From Gammaproteobacteria bacterium (lineage in GTDB: Bacteria > Pseudomonadota > Gammaproteobacteria > UBA4575), in assembly GCA_028285655.1 (NCBI GenBank), contig JANQOT010000210.1:1-24000 (forward strand): 24,000 bases of DNA, given 5' to 3'. Position numbers and translations under genes: made by a program. Each line of letters starts with the position of its first letter. Position 1 is the first letter of the stretch. This document shows, one piece after another, positions 1 to 9,361 of this stretch. The notes under the pieces are model-generated. The model saw only the letters and a list, made by a program, of their open reading frames with translations. It did no database searches and was not told the DNA's origin.

Positions 1-35
1 CCGACTGAATTTAGCTTTGAGGGGAGCGTTACGCT

Positions 36-752
36 ATGACTACGAAATCCGAAGTTCATGTGAGCACTCGGCGTAGAGATTCTGAAGATCTAATCGACCC
101 GGTCGCGGTCAAAGACTACTTGCTACAGCACCCGGAATTTTTTAATCAACACCCGGCATTGTTAAGAGATTTAAGCATCAAGCATGAGTCCGGCGATGCC
201 GTTTCCTTAATCGAGCGTCAATTGCAACTATTGCGGGAAAAGAACAGCAGCCTCGAAAAGAAGATTCTGCACCTGGTGCAAATTGCGCAGGATAACGAAA
301 TACTGGAAGAGCAACTACATAGAATTGCCAGAAGATTAATCGAGATCGACCATAACAATGAAATAATCCCCGTCATAAATGATTTGCTGATCAACGAATT
401 TCCTTCCTTGCAGATACGTCTGGGTTTATACGATCTGGCGCCCGAGTACGCAGTTCCAAGCGAAAACTACATTACGTCTTCTGATTTGCAATACGTGTTC
501 TATAAGCAAATTATTCTCGAAAATTATCGCGAATGTATATTTTTACGCGGTAAAGGCCTGGCAGACTTGTTTTCAAAACGGGTGGACGTGAAATCCGGTG
601 TCGCCATTCCGCTGCGAAGTAACAAAAACTTTGGTGTTTTGTTGCTGGGGAGTTCCAATGAAAATCGGTTTTATGAAGGTATGGGAACTTTATTTCTTGA
701 GTATCTGGCGGATTTGCTGGGTCGTAAATTAAAGAAAATGCTGAAGCAGTAA
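36..752 (+). CDS. DUF484 (YigA-like) family protein
   Basis: 238-aa ORF with a GAGGGGAG Shine-Dalgarno about 8 nt upstream of the ATG. It sits immediately upstream of xerC (2-nt gap), the conserved yigA-xerC arrangement of gammaproteobacteria. It has an N-terminal coiled-coil-like segment (QLQLLREKNSSLEKKILHL) and a GAF-like C-terminal half. Confidence 0.75.
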   Translation: MTTKSEVHVSTRRRDSEDLIDPVAVKDYLLQHPEFFNQHPALLRDLSIKHESGDAVSLIERQLQLLREKNSSLEKKILHLVQIAQDNEILEEQLHRIARRLIEIDHNNEIIPVINDLLINEFPSLQIRLGLYDLAPEYAVPSENYITSSDLQYVFYKQIILENYRECIFLRGKGLADLFSKRVDVKSGVAIPLRSNKNFGVLLLGSSNENRFYEGMGTLFLEYLADLLGRKLKKMLKQ

Positions 753-754
753 GC

Positions 755-1660
755 ATGGCGATGATTTCGAGTGACCATCTAGACAGTTACCTCAATTATC
801 TTCGCGATATCAAACATTATTCACAAGCGACGCTGGACAGCTACCAGCGTGATATATGCGGTTATCTGCAATACCTCTCGGCACAAGACGTGGCAGATAT
901 TACAGACGCAAGCATCCACAACGTACGATCGTACCTGGCGACGCGACGTCGACAGGGTTTAACCAGTGTCAGTATGCAGCGTGCGCTATCCTCCTTGCGC
1001 GGGTTCTATAAATATTTAATTAAGCAAAACTTGTTGGCGGCTAACCCCGCAACCGATGTGCGCGCACCGAAAGGCGCCAAAACTTTGCCAAAGGTGTTAG
1101 ACGTAGACCAGGTGGACCAACTGCTTAACTGCACCGCAACAAACCCGTTGGAAATTCGTGATAGCGCCATGATGGAATTAATATATTCCTCCGGTTTACG
1201 ATTGTCCGAGCTGGTAAATCTGGATTTACTCGATATTGATTTGCGTGCTGCGCAAGTCAAAGTGATCGGTAAAGGCAATAAAATGCGTTATGTGCCGGTT
1301 GGACAGCAGGCACGCGAGGCGATCACCGCCTGGTTGCGGGTACGAGAAGGTATGGTGCGACCAAACGAGCAGGCGGTATTCATTAATAACCGCGGCTCGC
1401 GTTTATCCCAGCGATCTGTACAAAAACGCTTGCGTGAACAGGCGCAACGCAGTTCGCTCGGAGTGCACGTGCATCCGCATATGCTACGCCATTCTTTTGC
1501 CAGCCATTTGCTGGAATCCAGCGGTGATCTGCGTTCTGTGCAGGAGTTGTTGGGGCATGCCAACATCAGCACCACCCAGGTTTATACCCAGCTTGATTTT
1601 CAGCATCTAGCCAAGGTGTACGACAAGACCCATCCACGGGCACGCAAGGGCCGTAACTAG
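755..1660 (+). CDS. xerC: Site-specific tyrosine recombinase XerC (chromosome dimer resolution)
   Basis: Collinear with E. coli XerC from recall. Catalytic-region motifs are HPHMLRHSFASHLLESSGDLRSVQELLGHANISTTQVYT and a C-terminal DFQHLAKVYDKTHPRA. The upstream DUF484 gene favours XerC over XerD. Confidence 0.9.
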   Translation: MAMISSDHLDSYLNYLRDIKHYSQATLDSYQRDICGYLQYLSAQDVADITDASIHNVRSYLATRRRQGLTSVSMQRALSSLRGFYKYLIKQNLLAANPATDVRAPKGAKTLPKVLDVDQVDQLLNCTATNPLEIRDSAMMELIYSSGLRLSELVNLDLLDIDLRAAQVKVIGKGNKMRYVPVGQQAREAITAWLRVREGMVRPNEQAVFINNRGSRLSQRSVQKRLREQAQRSSLGVHVHPHMLRHSFASHLLESSGDLRSVQELLGHANISTTQVYTQLDFQHLAKVYDKTHPRARKGRN

Positions 1661-1817
1661 AAATCGATCTTATACAACATTTCCAATACGGGAATGTGTC
1701 TCTATTGATAGATAAATCTTCCTACCGCTCTCGTGTACAATTCGCGCCTGTTTGTTTGACTGCGATCGGCGCTACAAGGACCGCTTGCAGCCAATTTATT
1801 ACCAAAAAGGCGTGTTT

Positions 1818-2351
1818 ATGCAGCAATATCGAGGTACTACGATAGTTTCAGTCCGGCGCAACAATCAGGTGGTTCTCGGCGGTGATGGTCAGGTCACGCT
1901 GGGAAATACGATTATGAAAGGAAATGCCAACAAAGTACGCCGGCTCTATAACGATAAAGTCCTGGCAGGCTTTGCCGGCGGCACCGCAGATGCATTTACA
2001 TTATTCGAGCGATTTGAAGGCAAACTGGAAAAACACAGCGGGCAACTGACGCGAGCGGCAGTAGAACTGGCCAAGGACTGGCGCACCGATCGCATGTTGC
2101 GGCGGCTGGAAGCGCTGCTGGCGGTTGCGGACGAGACTTCTTCGTTAATAATTTCGGGTAACGGCGATGTCATCGAACCGGAAGATGCGCTCATCGCGAT
2201 TGGATCGGGTGGACCCTTTGCACAGGCGGCGGCCAGAGCGATGCTGGACCATAGTGATCTGGATGCGCGCGCAATTGTCGAAAATGCGCTGGGGATTGCG
2301 GCGAGTATTTGTATTTACACCAACAGCAATCTCACTATCGAGGAACTGTAG
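1818..2351 (+). CDS. hslV: ATP-dependent protease subunit HslV (ClpQ)
   Basis: [58 protein letters not shown] closely matches E. coli HslV. I chose the ATG at 1818 ([10 protein letters not shown]). The track's TTG at 1752 adds 22 non-homologous residues. Confidence 0.9.
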   Translation: MQQYRGTTIVSVRRNNQVVLGGDGQVTLGNTIMKGNANKVRRLYNDKVLAGFAGGTADAFTLFERFEGKLEKHSGQLTRAAVELAKDWRTDRMLRRLEALLAVADETSSLIISGNGDVIEPEDALIAIGSGGPFAQAAARAMLDHSDLDARAIVENALGIAASICIYTNSNLTIEEL

Positions 2352-2407
2352 CTGCCTCTTCGCGTATTACCGGAATAAGCGCAAATCAGTTTTAGAAGGA
2401 ACATTTG

Positions 2408-3751
2408 ATGTCAAATATGACACCGCGAGAAATTGTCGAAGAACTTAACCGGCATATTGTCGGGCAGGATGATGCAAAACGTGCAGTTGCCATCGCGCTG
2501 CGCAATCGATGGCGCAGAATGCAATTACCGGAGGCTATGCAAGTTGAAGTATCTCCGAAAAACATTTTAATGATCGGCCCTACGGGTGTGGGTAAAACCG
2601 AAATTGCACGACGCCTGGCAAAACTGGCCAATGCGCCGTTTATAAAAGTAGAAGCTACTAAATTTACCGAGGTCGGTTACGTCGGTCGCGACGTTGAATC
2701 CATTGTGCGCGACTTGATGGACAGCGCCATTAAAATGATTCGCGAGTCCGAGGTCGCCAAAGTTAAATATCGGGCCGAAGAGGCAGCAGAAGAAAAGATT
2801 CTCGATGTATTGGTACCGCCGCCGAAAGCAGAAAGTTTCGATGCAAGCGAAAACAATAGTCAGAGTGGATTCGCCAGCGAGACGAGGCAAAAATTTCGAA
2901 AGAAATTGCGAGAAGGTGATTTAGACGAAACTGAAATCGAGATCGAGGTAAGTACGAGCCCGATGGGTGTAGAAATTATGACCCCGCCGGGCATGGAAGA
3001 TATGGCCAGCCAGTTACAGGGCATGTTTCAAAATATAGGTTCGCATCGTAAAAGCAAACGTAAACTTAAAATCAAAGACGCGTTTAAAGTTCTCACTGAC
3101 GAGGAAGCGCAAAAACTGATTAATGAAGACGAAGTCAAATCACGCGCGTTAAATCAGGTCGAACAAAACGGTATCGTTTTTCTCGATGAAATCGATAAAG
3201 TCGCAAAACGCGGCGAGCACAGTGGTACCGATGTATCAAGGGAGGGCGTGCAACGTGATTTATTGCCGCTGGTTGAAGGTTGCACCGTTTCCACCAAGTA
3301 CGGCATGATTAAAACCGACCATATTCTGTTTATTGCCTCCGGTGCTTTTCATGTATCCAAGCCGACCGATCTTATTCCCGAGTTGCAGGGGCGGTTGCCG
3401 ATCAGAGTCGAATTAAGCGCGTTGCTCGCGCAAGACTTTGTGCGAATTTTAACGGAGCCGAATGCATCGCTTACCAAGCAATACACGGCACTGCTGGCAA
3501 CAGAAGGCGTCACTCTTGAATTTTCCGAAGATGCGGTTAAACGTATTGCGCAAATTGCGTATGATGTCAATGAGCGCACCGAAAACATTGGCGCCCGTCG
3601 CTTACACACAATTATGGAACGGTTGCTGGAAACCATTTCATTCGTTGCCCCGGATCAAGACGGTGAAAATCTTTTGATTGACGAAGCCTATGTTGACGAA
3701 CATGTGTCCGAGTTAAGTAAAGACGAAGATCTGAGCCGATATATTTTATAG
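2408..3751 (+). CDS. hslU: ATP-dependent protease ATPase subunit HslU (ClpY)
   Basis: The N-terminus [40 protein letters not shown] parallels E. coli HslU MSEMTPREIV. It has a Walker A motif ([15 protein letters not shown]), a Walker B motif (IVFLDEIDK) and the C-terminal EDLSRYIL. An AAGGAA RBS lies upstream. The ATG at 2408 is preferred over the TTG at 2405. Confidence 0.95.
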   Translation: MSNMTPREIVEELNRHIVGQDDAKRAVAIALRNRWRRMQLPEAMQVEVSPKNILMIGPTGVGKTEIARRLAKLANAPFIKVEATKFTEVGYVGRDVESIVRDLMDSAIKMIRESEVAKVKYRAEEAAEEKILDVLVPPPKAESFDASENNSQSGFASETRQKFRKKLREGDLDETEIEIEVSTSPMGVEIMTPPGMEDMASQLQGMFQNIGSHRKSKRKLKIKDAFKVLTDEEAQKLINEDEVKSRALNQVEQNGIVFLDEIDKVAKRGEHSGTDVSREGVQRDLLPLVEGCTVSTKYGMIKTDHILFIASGAFHVSKPTDLIPELQGRLPIRVELSALLAQDFVRILTEPNASLTKQYTALLATEGVTLEFSEDAVKRIAQIAYDVNERTENIGARRLHTIMERLLETISFVAPDQDGENLLIDEAYVDEHVSELSKDEDLSRYIL

Positions 3752-3778
3752 GTATGCAAAATCGTAACAGGAATTAAT

Positions 3779-4141
3779 ATGTCTAAAGTCACTCCCACTG
3801 AAATTCAGTTGCATCAAAAGTCCCGAATTCTGGAGATCGCGTTTGACGATGGCGCCAGATTCGACCTTTCTTGCGAGTATTTGCGGGTTTACTCGCCGTC
3901 TGCAGAAGTGGCCGGGCATGGTCCTGGACAGGAAGTGCTGCAAATCGGCAAAGAAGACGTGAATATTACGGCCATTGAACCGGTCGGAAACTATGCAGTG
4001 AAACTGGTATTTGATGATAATCACGACTCGGGACTTTATAGTTGGGAATATTTATATAAGTTGGGCCAGGAACACGAGCAGAGATGGCAGCAGTATCTGG
4101 AGCGTTTGGCAGAAGCCGGCCACGCGCGTAAAGCACATTAA
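3779..4141 (+). CDS. DUF971 domain protein (gamma-butyrobetaine hydroxylase-like N-terminal domain family)
   Basis: 120-aa ORF with an AGGAA RBS. The pattern LEIAFDDGARFDLSCEYLRVYSPSAEV...EPVGNYAVKLVFDDNHDSGLYSWEYL is typical of DUF971. It is tightly packed (12-nt gap) ahead of ubiE. Confidence 0.7.
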   Translation: MSKVTPTEIQLHQKSRILEIAFDDGARFDLSCEYLRVYSPSAEVAGHGPGQEVLQIGKEDVNITAIEPVGNYAVKLVFDDNHDSGLYSWEYLYKLGQEHEQRWQQYLERLAEAGHARKAH

Positions 4142-4153
4142 CGAGTGCATTGA

Positions 4154-4900
4154 ATGAACGATTCGCAACAAACAGATTTCGGCTATACCAAAGTCAGCCC
4201 GCGGCAAAAAACTGAAAAAGTACGCGAAGTTTTTGAATCCGTCGCAGGCAATTATGACTTGATGAACGATTTAATGTCGTTTGGCTTGCATCGTTTGTGG
4301 AAAAAATTCGTATTGCATATCGCGGGTGTCAGGCCGGGTTATACAGTGCTTGATCTGGCGGGCGGCACTGGTGATCTGGCGGCTGTTTTTTGTGATCAAG
4401 TCGGTGATCGCGGTAGCGTAGTTTTGTGCGACATCAATGCGAGCATGTTGAACGCAGGGCGTGAGAAACTGATCGATCAAGGTTGTATGCGCAATATTAC
4501 CTATGTGCAGGCTAATGCCGAACAGTTGCCGTTTGAGGATAATAGTTTTGATTGCATTACCATGGCGTTTGGTTTACGCAACGTAACTTTTAAAGACCAA
4601 TGCCTGGCATCTGTGTATTCGAAATTAAAGCCAGCCGGAAAATTTATTGTCCTCGAGTTTTCAAAACCGGTTGCCTGGGTGCGACCGGTCTACGACGCAT
4701 ACTCGTTTTCTGTTTTGCCGAAACTTGGAAAGTGGGTAGCCAAGGACGAGCAAAGTTATCGTTATCTGGCCGAATCCATTCGCATGCATCCTGATCAGAA
4801 CACACTGGAAGATATGTTCAAGCAGGCGGGATTCGACCGCACCCGCTATGTCAACATGAGCGGCGGTATAGTTGCAGCACATATTGGCTATAAGTATTAG
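4154..4900 (+). CDS. ubiE: Demethylmenaquinone / 2-methoxy-6-polyprenyl-1,4-benzoquinol C-methyltransferase UbiE
   Basis: It has the UbiE/MenG N-terminal signature ([42 protein letters not shown]) and the SAM-binding motif [10 protein letters not shown]. It heads the conserved ubiE-ubiJ-ubiB order. Confidence 0.92.
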   Translation: MNDSQQTDFGYTKVSPRQKTEKVREVFESVAGNYDLMNDLMSFGLHRLWKKFVLHIAGVRPGYTVLDLAGGTGDLAAVFCDQVGDRGSVVLCDINASMLNAGREKLIDQGCMRNITYVQANAEQLPFEDNSFDCITMAFGLRNVTFKDQCLASVYSKLKPAGKFIVLEFSKPVAWVRPVYDAYSFSVLPKLGKWVAKDEQSYRYLAESIRMHPDQNTLEDMFKQAGFDRTRYVNMSGGIVAAHIGYKY

Positions 4901-4914
4901 TTGCGGTTGGTCTG

Positions 4915-5517
4915 ATGGAAAAACTAATTACTGCGGGACTAAATCGATACCTGGAATGCGATCCGGAACGCAGTAGCGAATTAAAACAGATCGACGGCAA
5001 AGTAATAGCGGTAAAAATCAGGGAATTTGATCTAACCATTACATTGCAAGTGGAAGGTTTGCAGTTACAAGAAGTTGTGGATACGGAAATCGAGGCCGAT
5101 GTCGAATTAAACCTGTCCGTAAAAACCTTGCCCAACTATTTGCTGGGTGTGGATCGAAATCAGCTAATCAAAAACGGTGACATAGAAATTACCGGAGACA
5201 CGCATGTAGCCAGCGTATTTCATAACGTATTAAGCGAAGTGGAAATCGACTGGGAAGAATTACTGGCAGCGCGTATAGGCGATACTATGGCCAGCCAGGT
5301 TGGATTTGGTGCTCGAAAAGTAAAAGGGTTTATGCACACCATGCGCGAAAACGTTCAGCTCGACACGCGAGATTATCTGCAAGACAATTTGCAAGTCGCA
5401 GTGACACAGGCGGAAGTAGACGGATTCGTGCAACAAGTAGATACATTGCGTGCCGATGTCGATCGCCTGGAGGCCCGCCTCAAACGTTTGGAAACATCGT
5501 CACAAGAAGCCGATTAA
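4915..5517 (+). CDS. ubiJ: Ubiquinone biosynthesis accessory factor UbiJ (SCP2 domain, YigP-like)
   Basis: 200-aa ORF between ubiE and ubiB, the same size and position as E. coli UbiJ. The C-terminal coiled coil (VDTLRADVDRLEARLKRLE) is typical. Its stop overlaps the ubiB start (TAATG), suggesting translational coupling. Confidence 0.75.
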   Translation: MEKLITAGLNRYLECDPERSSELKQIDGKVIAVKIREFDLTITLQVEGLQLQEVVDTEIEADVELNLSVKTLPNYLLGVDRNQLIKNGDIEITGDTHVASVFHNVLSEVEIDWEELLAARIGDTMASQVGFGARKVKGFMHTMRENVQLDTRDYLQDNLQVAVTQAEVDGFVQQVDTLRADVDRLEARLKRLETSSQEAD

Positions 5518-7085
5518 TGCGCCTCATTCGACAGTTTTTTCGTATTATTCACATCAACGTCGTATTGGTGCGGCACGGTCTGGAAGAAGTGATATTTGCC
5601 ATTCATTTGTTTCGACCTATTCGGTTTTTGTTGTTTCTGTTGCCCTGGCATTGGTTTCGACGCGTCGAAATTTCGCATGGTGTTCGCATTCGGCGAGTGC
5701 TGGAAGAGCTGGGCCCGATTTTTGTTAAGTTCGGTCAGGCTCTTTCCACCAGACGTGATTTGTTGCCGGACGATGTTGCAAACGAACTCGCCAAATTACA
5801 GGATCAGGTGCCGCCGTTTCCCGGAGAAGAAGCGCGTGCGATCGTTGAAAAGGCGTATGGCTGTTCCATTCACGACGTGTTCTCGGAATTCGATGAAACG
5901 CCGCTGGCATCGGCTTCGATCGCTCAGGTTCACGCGGCAAAACTTCTGGATGGTTCCAGTGTCGTCGTCAAAGTATTACGGCCCGATGTACACAAACTGG
6001 TTAAACGCGATCTGGATGTGCTGGAGCTGGTTGCCAGTCTGGCGCATCGGTATTGGGTGGACGGCCGGCGTTTGCGTCCGCGCGAGGTGGTAAAAGATTA
6101 TCAACAGACGGTGCTGGACGAACTCGATTTGCTGCGCGAGGCCGCCAATGCCAGTCAGTTGAAGCGTAACTTCGAAAACTCACCAGACTTATATGTGCCG
6201 ATCATTTACTGGGACCATTGCCGCGTCAACGTTATGGTCATGGAGCGTATTCACGGAATTGCTATCAGCGATATCGAACAGCTGAATAATCATAATGTAA
6301 ACATGAAGAAGCTGTCCGAGCGCGGGGTCAATATATTTTTCACTCAGGTTTTTCAACACAATTTTTTTCACGCGGATATGCACCCGGGAAACATATTTGT
6401 ATCGTATGAAACTCCAGAGGATCCAAAATACCTGGGAGTGGATTTCGGGATCATGGGCACCTTGTCTCCGCGTGACCAGCGTTATCTGGCGGAAAACTTT
6501 CTGGCGTTTTTCAATCGCGACTACCGAAGAGTGGCCGAGCTGCACCTTGAGTCCGGCTGGGTGCCCGCAGATACGCGTGTAGACCAGTTCGAGTCGGCAA
6601 TTCGAACTGTGTGCGAACCCATTTTCCAGAAACCCATTAGCCAGATTTCTTTTGGGAATTTATTGTTACGGCTGTTTCAAACCGCACGCAGATTTCAGAT
6701 GGAAGTGCAACCGCAGCTCGTGTTGCTGCAAAAAACATTGCTGAATATAGAAGGCCTGGGGCGTCAACTGGATCCCGATTTGGATTTATGGCAAACCGCA
6801 AAGCCGTTTCTTGATCGATGGATGAGCGAACAAGTCGGCGTACGTGCGTTGGTGCAAGGTTTGCGCACGCATCTGCCCAAAGCGTTGGAACAGGCTCCGG
6901 AGTTGCCGTCGCTTATTCATCACTATTTAAAACTCGCGGAGCAACAACCGAATGTTGAAAAAAAATTATTACGTCAGGAAATAGAGTTACTGCAAGGTCA
7001 ATTTAAGCGCCAGCAAAGACTAACGGCCCTGGTTTTATTGCTGGGTATCAGTGCGGCGCTGGCGATTGCCTTATATTTTCGGTAA
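5517..7085 (+). CDS. ubiB: Ubiquinone biosynthesis protein UbiB (ABC1/ADCK atypical kinase family)
   Basis: 522 aa with ABC1 family motifs (LGPIFVKFGQALSTRRDLLPDDVANELAKLQDQVPPF, ASASIAQVH, FFHADMHPGNIF) and a C-terminal TM segment. It lies in the ubiE-ubiJ-ubiB context. Confidence 0.92.
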   Translation: MRLIRQFFRIIHINVVLVRHGLEEVIFAIHLFRPIRFLLFLLPWHWFRRVEISHGVRIRRVLEELGPIFVKFGQALSTRRDLLPDDVANELAKLQDQVPPFPGEEARAIVEKAYGCSIHDVFSEFDETPLASASIAQVHAAKLLDGSSVVVKVLRPDVHKLVKRDLDVLELVASLAHRYWVDGRRLRPREVVKDYQQTVLDELDLLREAANASQLKRNFENSPDLYVPIIYWDHCRVNVMVMERIHGIAISDIEQLNNHNVNMKKLSERGVNIFFTQVFQHNFFHADMHPGNIFVSYETPEDPKYLGVDFGIMGTLSPRDQRYLAENFLAFFNRDYRRVAELHLESGWVPADTRVDQFESAIRTVCEPIFQKPISQISFGNLLLRLFQTARRFQMEVQPQLVLLQKTLLNIEGLGRQLDPDLDLWQTAKPFLDRWMSEQVGVRALVQGLRTHLPKALEQAPELPSLIHHYLKLAEQQPNVEKKLLRQEIELLQGQFKRQQRLTALVLLLGISAALAIALYFR

Positions 7086-7119
7086 ATCCTGCAGTTTCTA
7101 AACCCGGAAAAATACCAAC

Positions 7120-9306
7120 GTGGATGTTTCGCCAATACTAGATGGATTAAATCAGGAACAGCGCGAAGCAGTAACCGCGCCGGCCGGCGCAACTCTGGTG
7201 CTGGCAGGAGCGGGCAGCGGTAAAACTCGCGTATTGGTGCACCGTATCGCCTGGTTATGCAGTGTCGAGGGTGTATCCCCCTATGGATTGCTGGCGGTTA
7301 CTTTCACCAACAAAGCCGCTGCTGAGATGCGTGGCCGCGTGGAGGCCTTGCTCGAACGTCCGGCGAGCGGTATGTGGATTGGTACGTTTCATGGTTTAGC
7401 CCATCGCATGTTACGTGCGCATTGGCAGGAAGCGAACTTACCGCAGGCATTTCAAATTCTGGATTCCGAAGATCAGTTGCGGCTGGTGAAAAGAATTCTA
7501 AAAGGCCTGGAACTGGACGAATCCAAATGGCCGGCCAAACAGGCGCAATGGTATATCAATGCGCGTAAAGACGAGGCATTACGCGCCGATCAAATCCCCG
7601 ACAGCGGCGATTTAACTACTCGACAATTCACCCGTATCTACACTGCATACGAAGCGGCATGCGAACGTGCAGGCGTTGTCGATTTTGCGGAATTGTTATT
7701 ACGTTCTTTGCAATTGTTACGCAATAATCAGGATATTAAAAAACACTACCGGCATCGTTTTAGACACATCCTGGTGGATGAATTTCAGGATACAAATGCC
7801 ATTCAATACGATTGGTTGCGTATTTTGGCAGGAGATAAAAATCCGGTATTTGCCGTAGGCGACGACGATCAATCGATTTACGGATGGCGTGGTGCGCGAA
7901 TTGAAAATATTCTTTCCTTTAGCAAAGACTTCGATAATGCACAAACTTTTCGACTGGAACAAAACTATCGTTCAACCAATACGATTCTGTCGGCGGCCAA
8001 CGAATTAATCAGCAATAACCAGGGGCGATTGGGTAAAAAACTTTGGACCGAAGGCAACGAAGGCGCGCCGATTCAACTTTATGCAGCTTATAACGAACAA
8101 GACGAAGCGCGATTTGTTGTTGAAAGAATAAAAGAATGGTCCACACAGGAAGGCAGGCGTTATGAAGAATCAGCCATTCTTTACCGATCCAATTCGCAGT
8201 CGCGTGTGCTGGAAGAAAATCTGCTGGCCCAGGGCGTTCCCTATAGAATCTATGGCGGATTACGTTTCTTTGAACGCGCCGAAATAAAAGACGCATTGGC
8301 GTATTTACGCTTGATGTCGAATCGAATTGATGATCCGGCGTTTGAGCGTATTGTCAATCACCCGCCGCGCGGTATCGGTGATCGCACTTTGCAAGTAATT
8401 CGCGATGTGGCGCGAACAGAATTAATTTCGCTCTGGAATGCAACCCGGCAAGTAATTGATCGCAAACAGTTGTCGGCACGGGCGCATAATGCACTGGATC
8501 AATTTGTTGCGCTTATCGACCGATTGCATGAAGAGAGTAACGCTTTGGAGTTGTACGAACAGGTGGATACGGTTGTTCAGATTTCAGGTTTACAGGCGCA
8601 CTTTGAAAAAGACCGTAGTGAAAAAGGACAGTCCAGAGTAGAAAATCTGGCGGAGCTGGTGGAGTCCGCACGCAGTTTTCGCTACGAGAGTGAAGAAGGC
8701 GAAGACATAACTCCACTGGAAGCGTTTCTGGCCAATGCCGCGCTGGAGGCGGGGGAGGGTCAGGCTTCCGAGTGGGAAGATTGCGTGCAGTTAATGACCC
8801 TGCATGCTGCCAAGGGTCTGGAGTTTCCTCTGGTATTTATTGTTGGAATGGAAGAAGGACTTTTTCCAAGCAGCATGTCGATGGACGAACCCGGACGCGT
8901 GGAGGAAGAGCGCCGTTTGTGTTATGTCGGCATTACTCGAGCGCGAGAACATTTGATGATGACCTATGCAGAAGCGCGTCGTTACTACGGCAGCGATAAT
9001 TACAATCCGCCCTCGCGTTTTATCAGTGAAGTACCGGCTGATTTAATGGTGGAAGTGCGCCCGCGCGCAATGATTTCGCAACCAGTGCACCGCCCTGCAA
9101 GTATGGCGATTAATCATAAAAAACGAAATCAGGAAACCGAGACAGGTATCAAGATCGGTCAGCGGGTGGCGCATAAAAAATTTGGTGAGGGTATCGTGCT
9201 CGACCAGGAAGGCAGTGGACACAATGCGCGGGTGCAAGTGCAGTTCGCACGTGACGGCAGCAAATGGCTGGTCGTGGCGTATGCTAATTTGAATGTGTTG
9301 AATTAA
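7120..9306 (+). CDS. uvrD: DNA helicase II UvrD
   Basis: Collinear over its full length with E. coli UvrD from recall: MDVS..LDGLN..QREAV, LAGAGSGKTRVLVHRIAWL, ILVDEFQDTN, GDDDQSIYGWRGA, QNYRST, LMTLHAAKGLEFPLVFIVGMEEGLFP and C-terminal KFGEG...KWLVVAYANL. The start codon is GTG. No clear SD is present. Confidence 0.93.
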   Translation: MDVSPILDGLNQEQREAVTAPAGATLVLAGAGSGKTRVLVHRIAWLCSVEGVSPYGLLAVTFTNKAAAEMRGRVEALLERPASGMWIGTFHGLAHRMLRAHWQEANLPQAFQILDSEDQLRLVKRILKGLELDESKWPAKQAQWYINARKDEALRADQIPDSGDLTTRQFTRIYTAYEAACERAGVVDFAELLLRSLQLLRNNQDIKKHYRHRFRHILVDEFQDTNAIQYDWLRILAGDKNPVFAVGDDDQSIYGWRGARIENILSFSKDFDNAQTFRLEQNYRSTNTILSAANELISNNQGRLGKKLWTEGNEGAPIQLYAAYNEQDEARFVVERIKEWSTQEGRRYEESAILYRSNSQSRVLEENLLAQGVPYRIYGGLRFFERAEIKDALAYLRLMSNRIDDPAFERIVNHPPRGIGDRTLQVIRDVARTELISLWNATRQVIDRKQLSARAHNALDQFVALIDRLHEESNALELYEQVDTVVQISGLQAHFEKDRSEKGQSRVENLAELVESARSFRYESEEGEDITPLEAFLANAALEAGEGQASEWEDCVQLMTLHAAKGLEFPLVFIVGMEEGLFPSSMSMDEPGRVEEERRLCYVGITRAREHLMMTYAEARRYYGSDNYNPPSRFISEVPADLMVEVRPRAMISQPVHRPASMAINHKKRNQETETGIKIGQRVAHKKFGEGIVLDQEGSGHNARVQVQFARDGSKWLVVAYANLNVLN

Positions 9307-9361
9307 GAAACTTCGTTGTCCGTATAATTTTAACAAACATTAAACCTTGGAGTATTTAGCC

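Noticed and set aside
755-1660. Tyrosine recombinase as a possible marker of an integrated mobile element
   Set aside because: The sequence and context (DUF484 upstream, hslVU downstream) are those of housekeeping XerC. No att-like repeats, tRNA or cargo genes lie nearby.
1661-1817. Expected sigma32 heat-shock promoter for hslVU
   Set aside because: CTTGCAG at 1784-1790 loosely resembles CTTGAAA. No CCCCAT-like -10 lies at a usable distance, and it would collide with the RBS. I cannot support a call.
5596-6093. Long alternative-frame or antisense ORFs inside known genes (5596-6093 +, 10122-10676 -, 15682-16053 -, 6189-6545 -, 20674-21024 - and others)
   Set aside because: They overlap strongly supported conserved CDSs. 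Their composition is Cys/Arg/Trp-rich and typical of off-frame translation, and they have no start-site signals.
7086-7119. Possible LexA SOS box upstream of uvrD (CTGCAGTTTCTAAACC)
   Set aside because: Only the CTG half resembles CTGT-N8-ACAG. The distal ACAG half is absent.
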